Assembly (NCBI GenBank): GCA_023512725.1
Contig: JAILZB010000002.1
Location: forward strand, 1-59,356
Direction: 5' to 3'
Origin: Chloroflexota bacterium
Lineage (GTDB): Bacteria; Chloroflexota; Dehalococcoidia; SpSt-223
Length of the DNA stretch: 59,356 nt
The translations under genes and the position numbers were made by a program. The notes beneath the pieces were generated by a model. That model did no database searches. It was not told where the DNA came from and was given only the letters and a program-made list of their open reading frames with translations. Shown here piece by piece: positions 8,241 through 17,488 of the stretch (positions are counted from its first letter, which is position 1; each line of letters opens with the position of its first letter).

Positions 8241-9365
8241 ATGAGCAGGCCGGTAGGCCCCTTCATGGCCGAGGCCCTGGCGCTGGCCCAACGCGTACGC
8301 GGGCGGACGAGCCCCAACCCGGCAGTCGGTGCCGTGGTTGTCGCTGACGGCACGGTCATCGGACGCGGCGCCACCCAGCCTCCCGGCTCTCACCACGCTG
8401 AGGTCGTCGCCCTCCAGCAAGCCGGGCCCCGTGCCCGCGGCGCCACCCTCTACGTCACCCTGGAACCGTGTTGCATCTTCGGCCGAACTCCACCCTGCAC
8501 CGACGCCATCCTGGCTGCCGGCATTGCCGAGGTTCATGCCGCCACCCTCGACCCGAACCCTCAAGTCCACGGACAAGGAGTCGCCGTCCTGGAAGCACAC
8601 GGGGTCCGCGTCCTGCTCGGTGAAGGCGAGGTGGAGGCGCGCGCCCTCATTCGCGGCTTCCACAAATGGGTCCGGACGGGCCAGCCACTCGTGATCGCCA
8701 AGTTCGCTGCCAGCCTCGACGGGCGGATCGCCACCCGCAGCGGCGAGAGCCAGTGGATCACCGGCGCCGCTGCCCGCGAGCACGTCCACTGGGTCCGCGA
8801 CCAGCTCGATGCTCTCATCATCGGGGTCGGGACGGCCCTGGCCGACGACCCTCAACTGACCGCGCGCCCCGGGGGGCACTACCCCGCTGATGGGCGCCAG
8901 CCCTTGCGGGTCGTTGTCGATAGCCAGCTGCGCCTTTCCCCTCACGCCCGCCTGCTCTCCCAGCCGGGGCGGACCCTCATCGCCCATCTCGACCCCGCAC
9001 CCGCCGAGCGCGCGGTTGCGCTGGCCGCTGCGGGCGCGGAACTGCTCGCCCTGCCCGCCCAGGACAGGCACGTTGACCTGGCGGCGTTGATCACCGAGCT
9101 TGGCCGCCGCGGGTTGCTAGAAGTCCAGATCGAGGGCGGTAGCCGGCTGCTCGGCGCCGCCTTCGATGCCGGCCTGGTCGATGCGGTGAACGCGTATCTC
9201 GCCCCGATCATCATCGGGGGTGAGGACGCCCTCCCCGCGGTGGGCGGGCAGGGCGTTGCCCGGATCGCTGCTGCCTGGCGGATTGCCCATCCCCGCCTGG
9301 AACAGCTCGGGAGTGATATCCTGATCACGGGGATGCTGGTTGGCCGCGAGGAAAGCAATGTTTAG
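8241..9365 (+). CDS. ribD: Bifunctional riboflavin-biosynthesis deaminase/reductase
   Basis: Deaminase zinc motifs HAEVVAL and TLEPC...PPC, followed by a C-terminal reductase domain. Confidence 0.92.
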   Translation: MSRPVGPFMAEALALAQRVRGRTSPNPAVGAVVVADGTVIGRGATQPPGSHHAEVVALQQAGPRARGATLYVTLEPCCIFGRTPPCTDAILAAGIAEVHAATLDPNPQVHGQGVAVLEAHGVRVLLGEGEVEARALIRGFHKWVRTGQPLVIAKFAASLDGRIATRSGESQWITGAAAREHVHWVRDQLDALIIGVGTALADDPQLTARPGGHYPADGRQPLRVVVDSQLRLSPHARLLSQPGRTLIAHLDPAPAERAVALAAAGAELLALPAQDRHVDLAALITELGRRGLLEVQIEGGSRLLGAAFDAGLVDAVNAYLAPIIIGGEDALPAVGGQGVARIAAAWRIAHPRLEQLGSDILITGMLVGREESNV

Positions 9366-9996
9366 TGGGATCGTCGAAGAACTCGGCGAAGTGCTCCGGC
9401 GCAGCGACCAGGGCTTAGTGATCCGTGCCCACACGGTCCTGACGGACCTCCAGCGCGGCGCCAGCATCGCCATCAACGGGGCCTGCCTCACCGTGGTGGA
9501 CTTTGGCCACGACTGGTTCCAGGTCGACGTGGTGCCAGAGACCTGGCAGCGGACCAACCTCGGCGCGGCTCAACCGGGAACAGTCGTCAACCTGGAACGC
9601 GCCCTCCCCGCCACCGGCCGGATCGGCGGCCACTTCGTCCAGGGGCACGTTGATGGCACCGCCGAAGTGATCGCCCTCGACCCCGTGGGGAATGAAGTCC
9701 GGGCTTGCTTCGCCGTTGCGCCCGCCCTGGCACGGTATATAGTCAACAAGGGGTTCATCGCGCTGGACGGCGTCTCGCTCACTGTCGTCGAGGCGGGAGA
9801 GGAGCGGTTTACCATCGCCCTGATCCCACACACGCGGGAGCAGACGACCCTCGGTCGCCTCCGCATCGGTGACCGCGTGAACGTCGAAGTCGATATCCTC
9901 GGCAAGTACGTCGAGCGCTTCGTCCAGCCAGCGATGGGCTCCACCTCCACAGCGCGCGCTCCGGGGTCCGCCCCAGAGTGCCCGTCCGGGAGGTGA
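9358..9996 (+). CDS. ribE: Riboflavin synthase alpha subunit
   Basis: N-terminus MFSGIVEELGEV. Its ATG overlaps the ribD stop by 8 nt. Confidence 0.9.
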   Translation: MFSGIVEELGEVLRRSDQGLVIRAHTVLTDLQRGASIAINGACLTVVDFGHDWFQVDVVPETWQRTNLGAAQPGTVVNLERALPATGRIGGHFVQGHVDGTAEVIALDPVGNEVRACFAVAPALARYIVNKGFIALDGVSLTVVEAGEERFTIALIPHTREQTTLGRLRIGDRVNVEVDILGKYVERFVQPAMGSTSTARAPGSAPECPSGR

Positions 9997-10002
9997 GGTG
10001 GC

Positions 10003-11205
10003 GTGCCGCTCGCAACTATCCAGGAAGCGATTGAGGACTACCGGCGCGGCAAATTCGTGATCATTGTCGACGACGAAGACCGCGAGAACGAGGGAGACCT
10101 TTGTATCGCGGCTCAGTTCTGCGACAAGCAGGCGATCACCTTTATGGCCACCTACGGCCGCGGCCTGATCTGCGTACCGATGAAAGGTGAGCGGCTGGAC
10201 GAGCTGAAAATCCCGCTAATGGTGCAAGAGAACTCCTCTCGCTTCGGCACGGCCTTCACCGTCACAGTCGAAGCGAAGCGCGGGGTGACCACCGGCATCT
10301 CCGCTGCCGACCGGGCGACTACCATCCGCACCTTGATCGACCCGATGACGCGCCCGGAGGACCTCGCCCGGCCCGGGCACGTCCAGCCACTGCGCTACGC
10401 CGAAGGCGGCGTCCTCCGTCGCGCGGGCCAGACCGAGGCCTCGATCGACCTTGCCATCCTGGCCGGTCTTTACCCGGCGGCAGTCATCTGTGAGATCATG
10501 CGCGACGACGGCGAGATGGCTCGCCTCCCCGACCTCGAGGTGTTCGCCGCCACGCACGGGCTCAAGATCATCTCGGTCGCCCAGCTCATCCGTTACCGGC
10601 GCCAGTACGAAAAGCTCGTCCGACGCATCGCGGATGAGGTTCAGATGCCTACCCGCTTCGGAACCTTCCGCGCCATCACCTACGAGAGCATCATCGACGG
10701 CGGACATCACATCGCCCTCGTCAAGGGGGATATCACCACCCCGGAACCCGTGCTCGTGCGGGTGCACTCAGAATGCCTCACGGGCGACGTCTTTGGCTCC
10801 CTCCGCTGCGATTGCGGCGAGCAGTGGCAGACCGCGCTCAAGCTGATCGAAGAAGCAGGGCGGGGAGTGGCGATCTACCTGCGCGGGCAGGAAGGGCGCG
10901 GCATCGGGCTGCATAACAAGATGCAGGCCTACGCCCTCCAGGACCGCGGCCTGGATACGGTCGAGGCGAACTCGGAGCTTGGCTTCGCACCCGACCTGCG
11001 CGATTACGGCATTGGCGCGCAGATCCTGGTCGACCTGGGTGTCCGCGAGATCAATCTCCTGACGAACAACCCCCGGAAGATCGTTGGCCTCACCGAGGGC
11101 TTCAACCTGCGGATCGTCGACCGTACGCCGCTCCTCGTGCCGGCCAATCCCTACAACGAGCGCTATCTCAAAGCCAAGAAAGAGAAGTTGCATCATATTA
11201 TGTAA
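10003..11205 (+). CDS. ribBA: Bifunctional 3,4-dihydroxy-2-butanone-4-phosphate synthase / GTP cyclohydrolase II
   Basis: [11 protein letters not shown] (DHBP synthase) and [20 protein letters not shown] (GCH-II zinc site). Confidence 0.93.
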   Translation: MPLATIQEAIEDYRRGKFVIIVDDEDRENEGDLCIAAQFCDKQAITFMATYGRGLICVPMKGERLDELKIPLMVQENSSRFGTAFTVTVEAKRGVTTGISAADRATTIRTLIDPMTRPEDLARPGHVQPLRYAEGGVLRRAGQTEASIDLAILAGLYPAAVICEIMRDDGEMARLPDLEVFAATHGLKIISVAQLIRYRRQYEKLVRRIADEVQMPTRFGTFRAITYESIIDGGHHIALVKGDITTPEPVLVRVHSECLTGDVFGSLRCDCGEQWQTALKLIEEAGRGVAIYLRGQEGRGIGLHNKMQAYALQDRGLDTVEANSELGFAPDLRDYGIGAQILVDLGVREINLLTNNPRKIVGLTEGFNLRIVDRTPLLVPANPYNERYLKAKKEKLHHIM

Positions 11206-11219
11206 ATCTTGGAGGCACG

Positions 11220-11696
11220 GTGGGAGCGGTCTTCACGGGCGGCCCGGATGGCGCTGGACTGCGGATCGCGATCGCGGTGGCCCGCTATAACGACCTGGTA
11301 ACCAATGCGTTGCTCGCTGGTGCACGCGCAGGCCTCCTCCGGCATGGTGTCGCCGAGGAAGATATCGACGTCGCCTGGGTACCCGGCTCCTTCGAACTGC
11401 CGCTGGTTGCCGACCGCCTGGCACGGACCGAGCGCTACGACGCCATCATTTGCCTCGGCACCGTCATCCGTGGTGAGACCGCCCACTTCGAGTACGTTGC
11501 CGGTGGCGCCGCCAGCGGCATCGGTCGGGTCGCCCTCGAGAGCGGCCGGCCAGTGGTCTTTGGCGTGCTGACGGTCGACAGCCTGGAGCAAGCGCTCGCT
11601 CGGGCGGGCGGCCACGTCGGCAATAAGGGGGCGGAAGCGGCAACCACTGCCATCGAGATGGTCAATCTGCTCCGCGCTATCGAGAGTAGCAGCTAG
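11220..11696 (+). CDS. ribH: 6,7-dimethyl-8-ribityllumazine synthase
   Basis: [21 protein letters not shown]...[14 protein letters not shown], with a GGAGG Shine-Dalgarno at 11211-11215. Confidence 0.93.
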   Translation: MGAVFTGGPDGAGLRIAIAVARYNDLVTNALLAGARAGLLRHGVAEEDIDVAWVPGSFELPLVADRLARTERYDAIICLGTVIRGETAHFEYVAGGAASGIGRVALESGRPVVFGVLTVDSLEQALARAGGHVGNKGAEAATTAIEMVNLLRAIESSS

Positions 11697-11810
11697 GCCC
11701 CCGGTTCCCGTGCCGCGGCGAAGCAGGCCGCCACTGGACTACGGTGGCACCGCACTCGCCGAGCAGATGACCGCTGGCTACTCTCGCTCCCCGCGGAGAG
11801 CCCCGGCGAG

Positions 11811-13028
11811 TTAGTAGCCGGCCGGGGGCGCACTCGCTTCTGCGCGCGGCAGGTCGGTGAGGAAGAGGACGCTCACGACCGCACCAACCAGCGGCACCGC
11901 CGCGGCGAGGAGAAAGCCAGCGGCGATCCCGAACTGAGGCACCACTGCCGCCAGCGCGAACGAGCCGACGGAGACCCCGATATCGAACCCCATTGAGGTG
12001 GTGGTCAGGGCTGCTCCCCGCTCGTGCGGCGGCGCGCGGTCGGCAGTCCAGGCGGCCATCCCGTTCCGTGCCCCGCTCACGCTGTACCCCGCGAGCACGG
12101 CCGATACCAGCAGGACGAACGAGTTGGTGGCGACCGCCAGGAGCACCATTGCGAGCGTCAGCCCGGCCATCCCCAGGCTCACCACCGGCCGGCGACCGAA
12201 CCGGTCAGCTACTCGCCCGAGCGTCAGCCCGGCTGCCAGCGACCCCAGCGCCTGGAGCGTGAAATAGAGCCCCACGTTCTCCAACCCCCGCCCCGGCGCG
12301 TAGAACGGGAGGTAGGTGATCACGCTGGCAAAGGGCACCGTCACTGCGATCATCAGCACCATCGGCACCAGTGCTCGCCGGTAGAACAGGTGGTGCAGGC
12401 TGAGCGGCGGCCGGAACGCTCCCCGCCGCGGCTCCGGGGCGAGCAGGGCGAAGGTCGCACCAGTGAGGGCCACCAGCGCCAGGAAGAGAAAGAACGCCGC
12501 AAAGTTGTAGCCACCGAAGGTCGCAAGGTCGGGCCACCAGGGGGCGAGCGAGGAAAGCGGGTTCGGCGCCGGCCAGCTGAGCACGGCAAAGCCGAGTGTG
12601 GGGCCGATCGCAGTCGCAGTTGTCTGGATGGCGTTGAGGTAGCCCAGGAACTCTGCCCGGCGGCGCACCGGCGCCAGGTCAGAGACATAGGTATTCACCG
12701 CGGCGTTCATCACTCCGACGCCAGCGCCCTGGACTGCACGGAGCAGCCCCAGGAGCAGGAGGCTCGCCGAGAAGCCATAGCCGACCGCCACCCCACCGAG
12801 CATCAATACCGCCGAGACGATCATCTGGCGCCGCCCCCACCAGTCCGTTAGCCAGCCGGTCAGCGGCCGCGACGCGATCGAGACGACGCCGATCATGCCA
12901 ATGATGAGGGCGATATCAGCCTCACTCGCACCCCGCAGGGAGAGATAGAGCGGCAAGGTCGGAAAGGTGGCAGTGTGGATCAGCATGAAACAGCCCGCTG
13001 CCACGGCAACCTGGGCGAGCGCACGCAC
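11811..13028 (-). CDS. MFS transporter
   Basis: About 12 hydrophobic segments and the motif-A-like GWLTDWWGRRQM. An alternative ATG start is at 12986. Confidence 0.8.
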   Translation of the reverse strand: MRALAQVAVAAGCFMLIHTATFPTLPLYLSLRGASEADIALIIGMIGVVSIASRPLTGWLTDWWGRRQMIVSAVLMLGGVAVGYGFSASLLLLGLLRAVQGAGVGVMNAAVNTYVSDLAPVRRRAEFLGYLNAIQTTATAIGPTLGFAVLSWPAPNPLSSLAPWWPDLATFGGYNFAAFFLFLALVALTGATFALLAPEPRRGAFRPPLSLHHLFYRRALVPMVLMIAVTVPFASVITYLPFYAPGRGLENVGLYFTLQALGSLAAGLTLGRVADRFGRRPVVSLGMAGLTLAMVLLAVATNSFVLLVSAVLAGYSVSGARNGMAAWTADRAPPHERGAALTTTSMGFDIGVSVGSFALAAVVPQFGIAAGFLLAAAVPLVGAVVSVLFLTDLPRAEASAPPAGY

Positions 13029-13181
13029 GGCTCCTGGTGGCGCCTGGTCCTCTGGCGAGGGCGCCTGTTCCCCCGCTGGAACGGTGGGACGCGAGAGCGG
13101 TCTCGCCGTGGGCTCCTCCGTGAGGCGTCGTTCGGGCTGGCCTCCCTGGCGGGGAAGTCTGCCCCCTACAATCTAGCCGAG

Positions 13182-14879
13182 ATGGACGGACTCCGCGACC
13201 GCGCAATCGCCCTGCTCCGAGCGGCCGGGGGGCAGCTTCCCGCTTCTGCTCTCGCCCACGCGCTCTTCAGGGGAAGTAGCCCCGCCTGGAAGGCGCTGCT
13301 GGAACGCCTGCTCGATGACGACTGCTTCCAGCGGGCGGGCGACTGCTGGCAGCTGGTAGCGCCGCCGAGTGAACGGACCGTCGCGCTGGTCCTGCTCACC
13401 ACCGGCCAGGACCCCGCGCGTCACGCCCTGGTCTGGGTGGGCGCCTGCGAAGTCGGGCCTGCTGGTCCTGGCGCTACCTTTTCCACCCTGGTCGCCCCCG
13501 GCCGACGGTTACCCGGCTGGCTAGCCGATCGGCTGGCCAGCGAACTGGCCACGGTCGAGGCGCTCCCCTCGCCGCCCACCGCGCTGACGGCCCTGCGACA
13601 GTTCCTGGGTGAGGCAACTGTTGTCGGCTTCGACCTCGGCTGGGCCTGGCCCTTCCTCCAAGCCCAGTATCGCCTGGCCGGCCTCCCGCCGCTCACCAAC
13701 CCGGTGCGCGACCTGTTGCCGGAGGCCCTGGCCTTGCGCGGCGGCGCCAAGCCGACGCTACGCGCCCTCGCCGAGCACGTTGGCCTGCCCAGCAGCTCTC
13801 AGCATCCCCTAGAAGAGGCACGGCTGATTGCCCAGCTCGCCAGCCGCCTGGCCAGTGCGCCACCCCCCGCCGCCACCACCGTGCTTGCGCGCGCCCGTCA
13901 CCTGCCGGACTCACCCGGCGTCTACCTCTTTCGCGATGCTGCTGGTGCTCCCCTCTACGTTGGGACAGCAAGCCGCCTCCGCCGCCGGGTCCTGGGCTAT
14001 CTCACCCGCCCCCCCGACCACGAGCGCGAGCTGCGTGGGCTTCCTTCCCTCAGCGCCAGCCTCGAGTGGGAAGAACACCCCGATAGCCTGGCGGCTGCTC
14101 TCCGGGAAGCCGAGCTACTCACCCAGCTACAGCCTCGCTTCAACACCCAGCGGCAGGTTGCTCCTGCCCGCCGCTACCTCGAGCTGAATGTGGCCGAGCC
14201 GTATCCCCGTCTCCGTCAGGTCGCCGAGCCAGCCCCCTACCGCTTCGGCCCCTACCCCAGCGCGAGCGCGGCGCGTCGCCTCGGCCGACTGGTCAGCCAG
14301 GTGTTCGCCCTGCGGGTCTGCACGCGCCGCTTGCCCCCACGCCAGCGCCGGGCAGTGCGGCCACCCTGCCCCCTCCTGGGGCGGGGGCGCTGCCTTGGGC
14401 CCTGCCAGCAGGACGTCCATTCCGAGTACACCACCCGAGCCGCCGAGGCCACCGCCGTGCTGAGCGGCAACCTCGACCTGGCCATTCCGCTCGTGCAGCA
14501 ACGCGCCCGGGAGGCCCTTGCCCGGGGCGATCGGCAGCTGGCCGAGCGCTGCATCCAGTTGCTCCGCCTCCTGAGCGAGCAGCCGCTCGCGGGTGAAGGG
14601 GTTGACCTCGCCATCCTGCTCCCGGCTACTGGACCGCAGCGGGTCTACGTCATCCAGGCTGGTGCGCTCACCTGGGCGGGGCCGCTCGCTGAACTCGCGG
14701 GTGGTCAACTGCGCTCGCCCTCCGACCCACAGGCACGCCAGCAGGGAAGCGTCGCGCTGCGTTGGCTGGCCACCAACCGCGGCCGCGCACGTACCGTCCC
14801 TCTCCCTCCTGCGGCACCAGCACCGGCTGTGGCGACGCGAGTCCGGGCGGCCGTGGCGACCCCCGAGGCCACCGTATAA
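13182..14879 (+). CDS. DnaQ-like (DEDD) exonuclease domain fused to a GIY-YIG nuclease domain (Cho/UvrC-N-like)
   Basis: GIY-YIG block: PGVYLFRDAAGAPLYVGTASRLRRRVLGY...EAELLTQLQPRFN. Exo motifs II and III are recognisable (VVGFDLGWAWPFL; HPLEEARL). The start was trimmed to ATG 13182, so the gene diverges from the MFS gene. Confidence 0.7.
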   Translation: MDGLRDRAIALLRAAGGQLPASALAHALFRGSSPAWKALLERLLDDDCFQRAGDCWQLVAPPSERTVALVLLTTGQDPARHALVWVGACEVGPAGPGATFSTLVAPGRRLPGWLADRLASELATVEALPSPPTALTALRQFLGEATVVGFDLGWAWPFLQAQYRLAGLPPLTNPVRDLLPEALALRGGAKPTLRALAEHVGLPSSSQHPLEEARLIAQLASRLASAPPPAATTVLARARHLPDSPGVYLFRDAAGAPLYVGTASRLRRRVLGYLTRPPDHERELRGLPSLSASLEWEEHPDSLAAALREAELLTQLQPRFNTQRQVAPARRYLELNVAEPYPRLRQVAEPAPYRFGPYPSASAARRLGRLVSQVFALRVCTRRLPPRQRRAVRPPCPLLGRGRCLGPCQQDVHSEYTTRAAEATAVLSGNLDLAIPLVQQRAREALARGDRQLAERCIQLLRLLSEQPLAGEGVDLAILLPATGPQRVYVIQAGALTWAGPLAELAGGQLRSPSDPQARQQGSVALRWLATNRGRARTVPLPPAAPAPAVATRVRAAVATPEATV

Positions 14880-14944
14880 TTCCGCTCCGGAGCGCCAGGC
14901 GGCCCTCGTTCGCCGTCGAGCGGTCCGCCTGCGTGGAGGCAGAA

Positions 14945-15991
14945 GTGCAGACGTTCATTCTCGGTTCAACGCGCCCGCGCGCTGGCAAGACGATGCTCGC
15001 CGCTGCGCTCATCGAGCTGCTGCGACGGGATGGCCAGCGGGTTGCGTACTGCAAGGCATTCACAGCCGACGACGCCGCCCCCGAAGCAGCGCCCGACGCC
15101 CGCTTCCTGGGCACCCTCCTCCAGGTGGCAAGCCCGCGCGCTGGCGCCTCTCTTGGGCCGACCACCGTTCGCCACCTCCTGGAAGGAGCCCCCTTCGACC
15201 GCGAAGCGGTGATTGCCGCCGCGCGGGAGGCGGGCGCGAACGCCGACACCCTGATCGTCGAAGGGGGCGTGACCCTCACCCAGGGGCTCGCTGCGGGGGT
15301 TTCGCTGCGGGATCTCGCCGAGGCGCTGAACGCTCGTGTCTTGGTAGTCGCCCGCTACGAGGGAGATGAGGTCGTCGATGAGCTGCTGGCCGCCCCAACG
15401 CTGGTCGGGCAGCGCCTCCTCGGGGTGGTGGTGACAGCAGTGCCCCGCCAGCAGTGGCCCGGCGCGCGGGAGCGGATCGGGGCGTTCTTGCGTGCCCGCG
15501 ACGTACCCTTCCTAGGCGCCCTCCCCTACGAGGAGCGCCTGGAGGCGGTGACTGTCCGCCAGCTGGCGGAGCACCTCGGCGGCCAGATCATGAACAGCGA
15601 AGACCACGCCGACGCGGTCATCGAACACGTGATGGTCGGCACAGTGGTGCTGGGCAAGGCCTCCGAGTATTTCGCCCGCTTCTCGCGCAAGGCCGTGATT
15701 GCCCACGGCAGCCGGCCAGATATGCATCTCGCAGCCCTCGAGACCGATACCCGGTGCCTCGTGCTGGCGGGGAATATCGTGCCGAACCCGATCGTGCTGG
15801 CACGCGCGGAAGAGGAGCAGGTGCCGATCATCATGGTGCGCCAGGATACCCTTGCCGTCCTGGAACAGGTTGAGGAGCTCTTCCCGCGGGCGCCCTTCGC
15901 CGCGGCTGCGAACGTCGGCCTGGCCGCTGACCTTGCCGCCGCCCATCTCGACCTGAGCGCCGTGCGCACCCCCGCCGGCACTGCCTCCTGA
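14945..15991 (+). CDS. Stand-alone Pta-N-terminal-like protein (BioD/CobQ-type P-loop plus DRTGG domain)
   Basis: VQTFILGSTRPRAGKTMLAAAL P-loop, and a DRTGG-like region VIAHGSRPDMHLAALETDTRCLVLAGN. GTG start with a GGAGG Shine-Dalgarno. There is no phosphotransacetylase catalytic domain. Confidence 0.65.
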   Translation: MQTFILGSTRPRAGKTMLAAALIELLRRDGQRVAYCKAFTADDAAPEAAPDARFLGTLLQVASPRAGASLGPTTVRHLLEGAPFDREAVIAAAREAGANADTLIVEGGVTLTQGLAAGVSLRDLAEALNARVLVVARYEGDEVVDELLAAPTLVGQRLLGVVVTAVPRQQWPGARERIGAFLRARDVPFLGALPYEERLEAVTVRQLAEHLGGQIMNSEDHADAVIEHVMVGTVVLGKASEYFARFSRKAVIAHGSRPDMHLAALETDTRCLVLAGNIVPNPIVLARAEEEQVPIIMVRQDTLAVLEQVEELFPRAPFAAAANVGLAADLAAAHLDLSAVRTPAGTAS

Positions 15992-15996
15992 GCCGC

Positions 15997-17418
15997 GTGC
16001 TCCGGCGGACCAAGATCGTCGCCACCCTGGGCCCAGCAACGAGCGACCCAGCCACCCTCGAGCGCCTGATTGCTGCGGGGGTGGATATTGTTCGCCTGAA
16101 CTGCTCGCATGGCACCGCCGAGGAACGGGCGCAGCTCGCGGCGCTGGTCCGCCAAACCGCCGCCCGGCGAGGACGGAACGTTGCGCTCCTGCTCGACCTG
16201 CAGGGCCCCAAGGTCCGCACGGGCGCCCACCGTGACGGCCAGCCGCTCACACTCACCCCCGGCCAGGAGTTGACCATTACCACCCGCCCGGTGCTCGGCA
16301 CTGCTCAGCAGATTGCTACCACCTACCAGCACCTGCCCGCCGACGTCCAGCCTGGGGACCAGATCTTGCTGGCCGACGGGACGATCCGCCTCGTTGTGCT
16401 AGCCGTCGAGCCGGAGGCAGTACGGACACGGGTCGTACATGGCGGCCTGCTGCGCGAGCATCAGGGGATCAACGTGCCCGGGCGTGCCCTCTCCTTGCCG
16501 GCCCTCACCCCCAAGGATGAAGCGGACCTCCGCCACGGCCTGACCCTCGGCATCGACCTCGTAGCCCTCTCCTTCGTCCGCCATCCCGACGATATCCGCG
16601 CCCTGCGGCGATTACTCCGCCGTCAGGGCGCCCGCCCCCTCGTCATCGCCAAGATCGAGAAGCCCCAGGCGCTCGACCACCTCGAGGCGATCATAGACGT
16701 AAGCGATGGCGTGATGGTGGCACGCGGCGACCTGGGAGTTGAGCTCCCCCTCGAGGACGTCCCGCTGGTCCAGAAACGGATCGCCGCCCTCGCACGCGAG
16801 CGCCATCGCCCAGCCATCGTCGCCACCCAGATGCTCGAATCGATGACCAACGCCGAGCGCCCGACCCGGGCCGAAGTCTCGGATGTCGCCAACGCGATCT
16901 TCGACTCGGTCGATGCGCTGATGCTCTCGGCCGAGACGGCGATCGGCGCCTATCCGGTGGAAGCAGTGGCAACGATGCACCGGATCGCCGTCACGACCGA
17001 ACCAGCCGCGCTCGCGCGACCGCTCCCCCCTCTCGCACCGACCAGTCGCTCGGGTGCGATCGCACAAGCTGCCTGCGTGCTGGCTGCCGGGATCCACGCC
17101 CAGGCCTTGATCGCGCTGACACGCAGCGGCTTTACTGCCCGCCTGATCGCGCGGCTCCGTCCCGCGACGCCGATCATTGCGGTGACACCGAGCGAGCCGG
17201 TCCGCCGTCAGCTCGCCCTTTGGTGGGGAGTGGCGGCGGTCGTCCAGCCCTTCCCCCCGACGCTCGATGCGACCCTTGCCCAGCTGAAGGAGCGGCTGCT
17301 CGCCGACCGGCTGCTCGTCCCTGGCCGTTCGGCGATCGTGGTGGGGGGCATTCCCGGTGGACCGCGCGGGCGCACGAACTATCTGACCCTGCTCGACTTT
17401 CCGCGGGCAGGCGCTTGA
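15997..17418 (+). CDS. pyk: Pyruvate kinase
   Basis: [13 protein letters not shown] and [12 protein letters not shown], 473 aa. Confidence 0.93.
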   Translation: MLRRTKIVATLGPATSDPATLERLIAAGVDIVRLNCSHGTAEERAQLAALVRQTAARRGRNVALLLDLQGPKVRTGAHRDGQPLTLTPGQELTITTRPVLGTAQQIATTYQHLPADVQPGDQILLADGTIRLVVLAVEPEAVRTRVVHGGLLREHQGINVPGRALSLPALTPKDEADLRHGLTLGIDLVALSFVRHPDDIRALRRLLRRQGARPLVIAKIEKPQALDHLEAIIDVSDGVMVARGDLGVELPLEDVPLVQKRIAALARERHRPAIVATQMLESMTNAERPTRAEVSDVANAIFDSVDALMLSAETAIGAYPVEAVATMHRIAVTTEPAALARPLPPLAPTSRSGAIAQAACVLAAGIHAQALIALTRSGFTARLIARLRPATPIIAVTPSEPVRRQLALWWGVAAVVQPFPPTLDATLAQLKERLLADRLLVPGRSAIVVGGIPGGPRGRTNYLTLLDFPRAGA

Positions 17419-17443
17419 GCGTGGCGCGCCAACGAACTACAGT
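17415..17443 (+). promoter_or_regulatory. Sigma-70-type promoter upstream of pcrA
   Basis: TTGAGC, a 17-nt spacer, then TACAGT. This is the same -10 hexamer as at infC and at the ilvB leader. Confidence 0.4.
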
Positions 17444-17488
17444 TCGGAGTGCAGAGTCGTCAGCCAGCTGCCCCGGAGGACGCCACGG

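Noticed and set aside
6825-9071. 748-aa ORF on the minus strand, antisense to trmH and ribD. Similar long antisense ORFs occur at 1245..2309, 3642..4418, 34801..36228, 39198..40550, 46201..48273, 48027..49460, 50645..52171, 52695..53999, 54366..55319 and 55439..57409.
   Set aside because: These are shadow ORFs typical of high-GC DNA. Their translations are Arg/Gly/Pro/His/Ala-rich with no recognisable motif, while the opposite strand encodes proteins with clear family signatures at every one of these loci.
12975-13181. N-terminal extensions offered by the ORF track for many genes: 12975, 14762, 20960, 23790, 27449, 29718, 30940, 31643, 33069, 34040, 37426, 40268 and 21218.
   Set aside because: The extra residues are low-complexity Arg/Pro/Gly sequence that overlaps neighbouring genes. 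Family-typical N-termini preceded by Shine-Dalgarno sequences begin further downstream, so the starts were trimmed.
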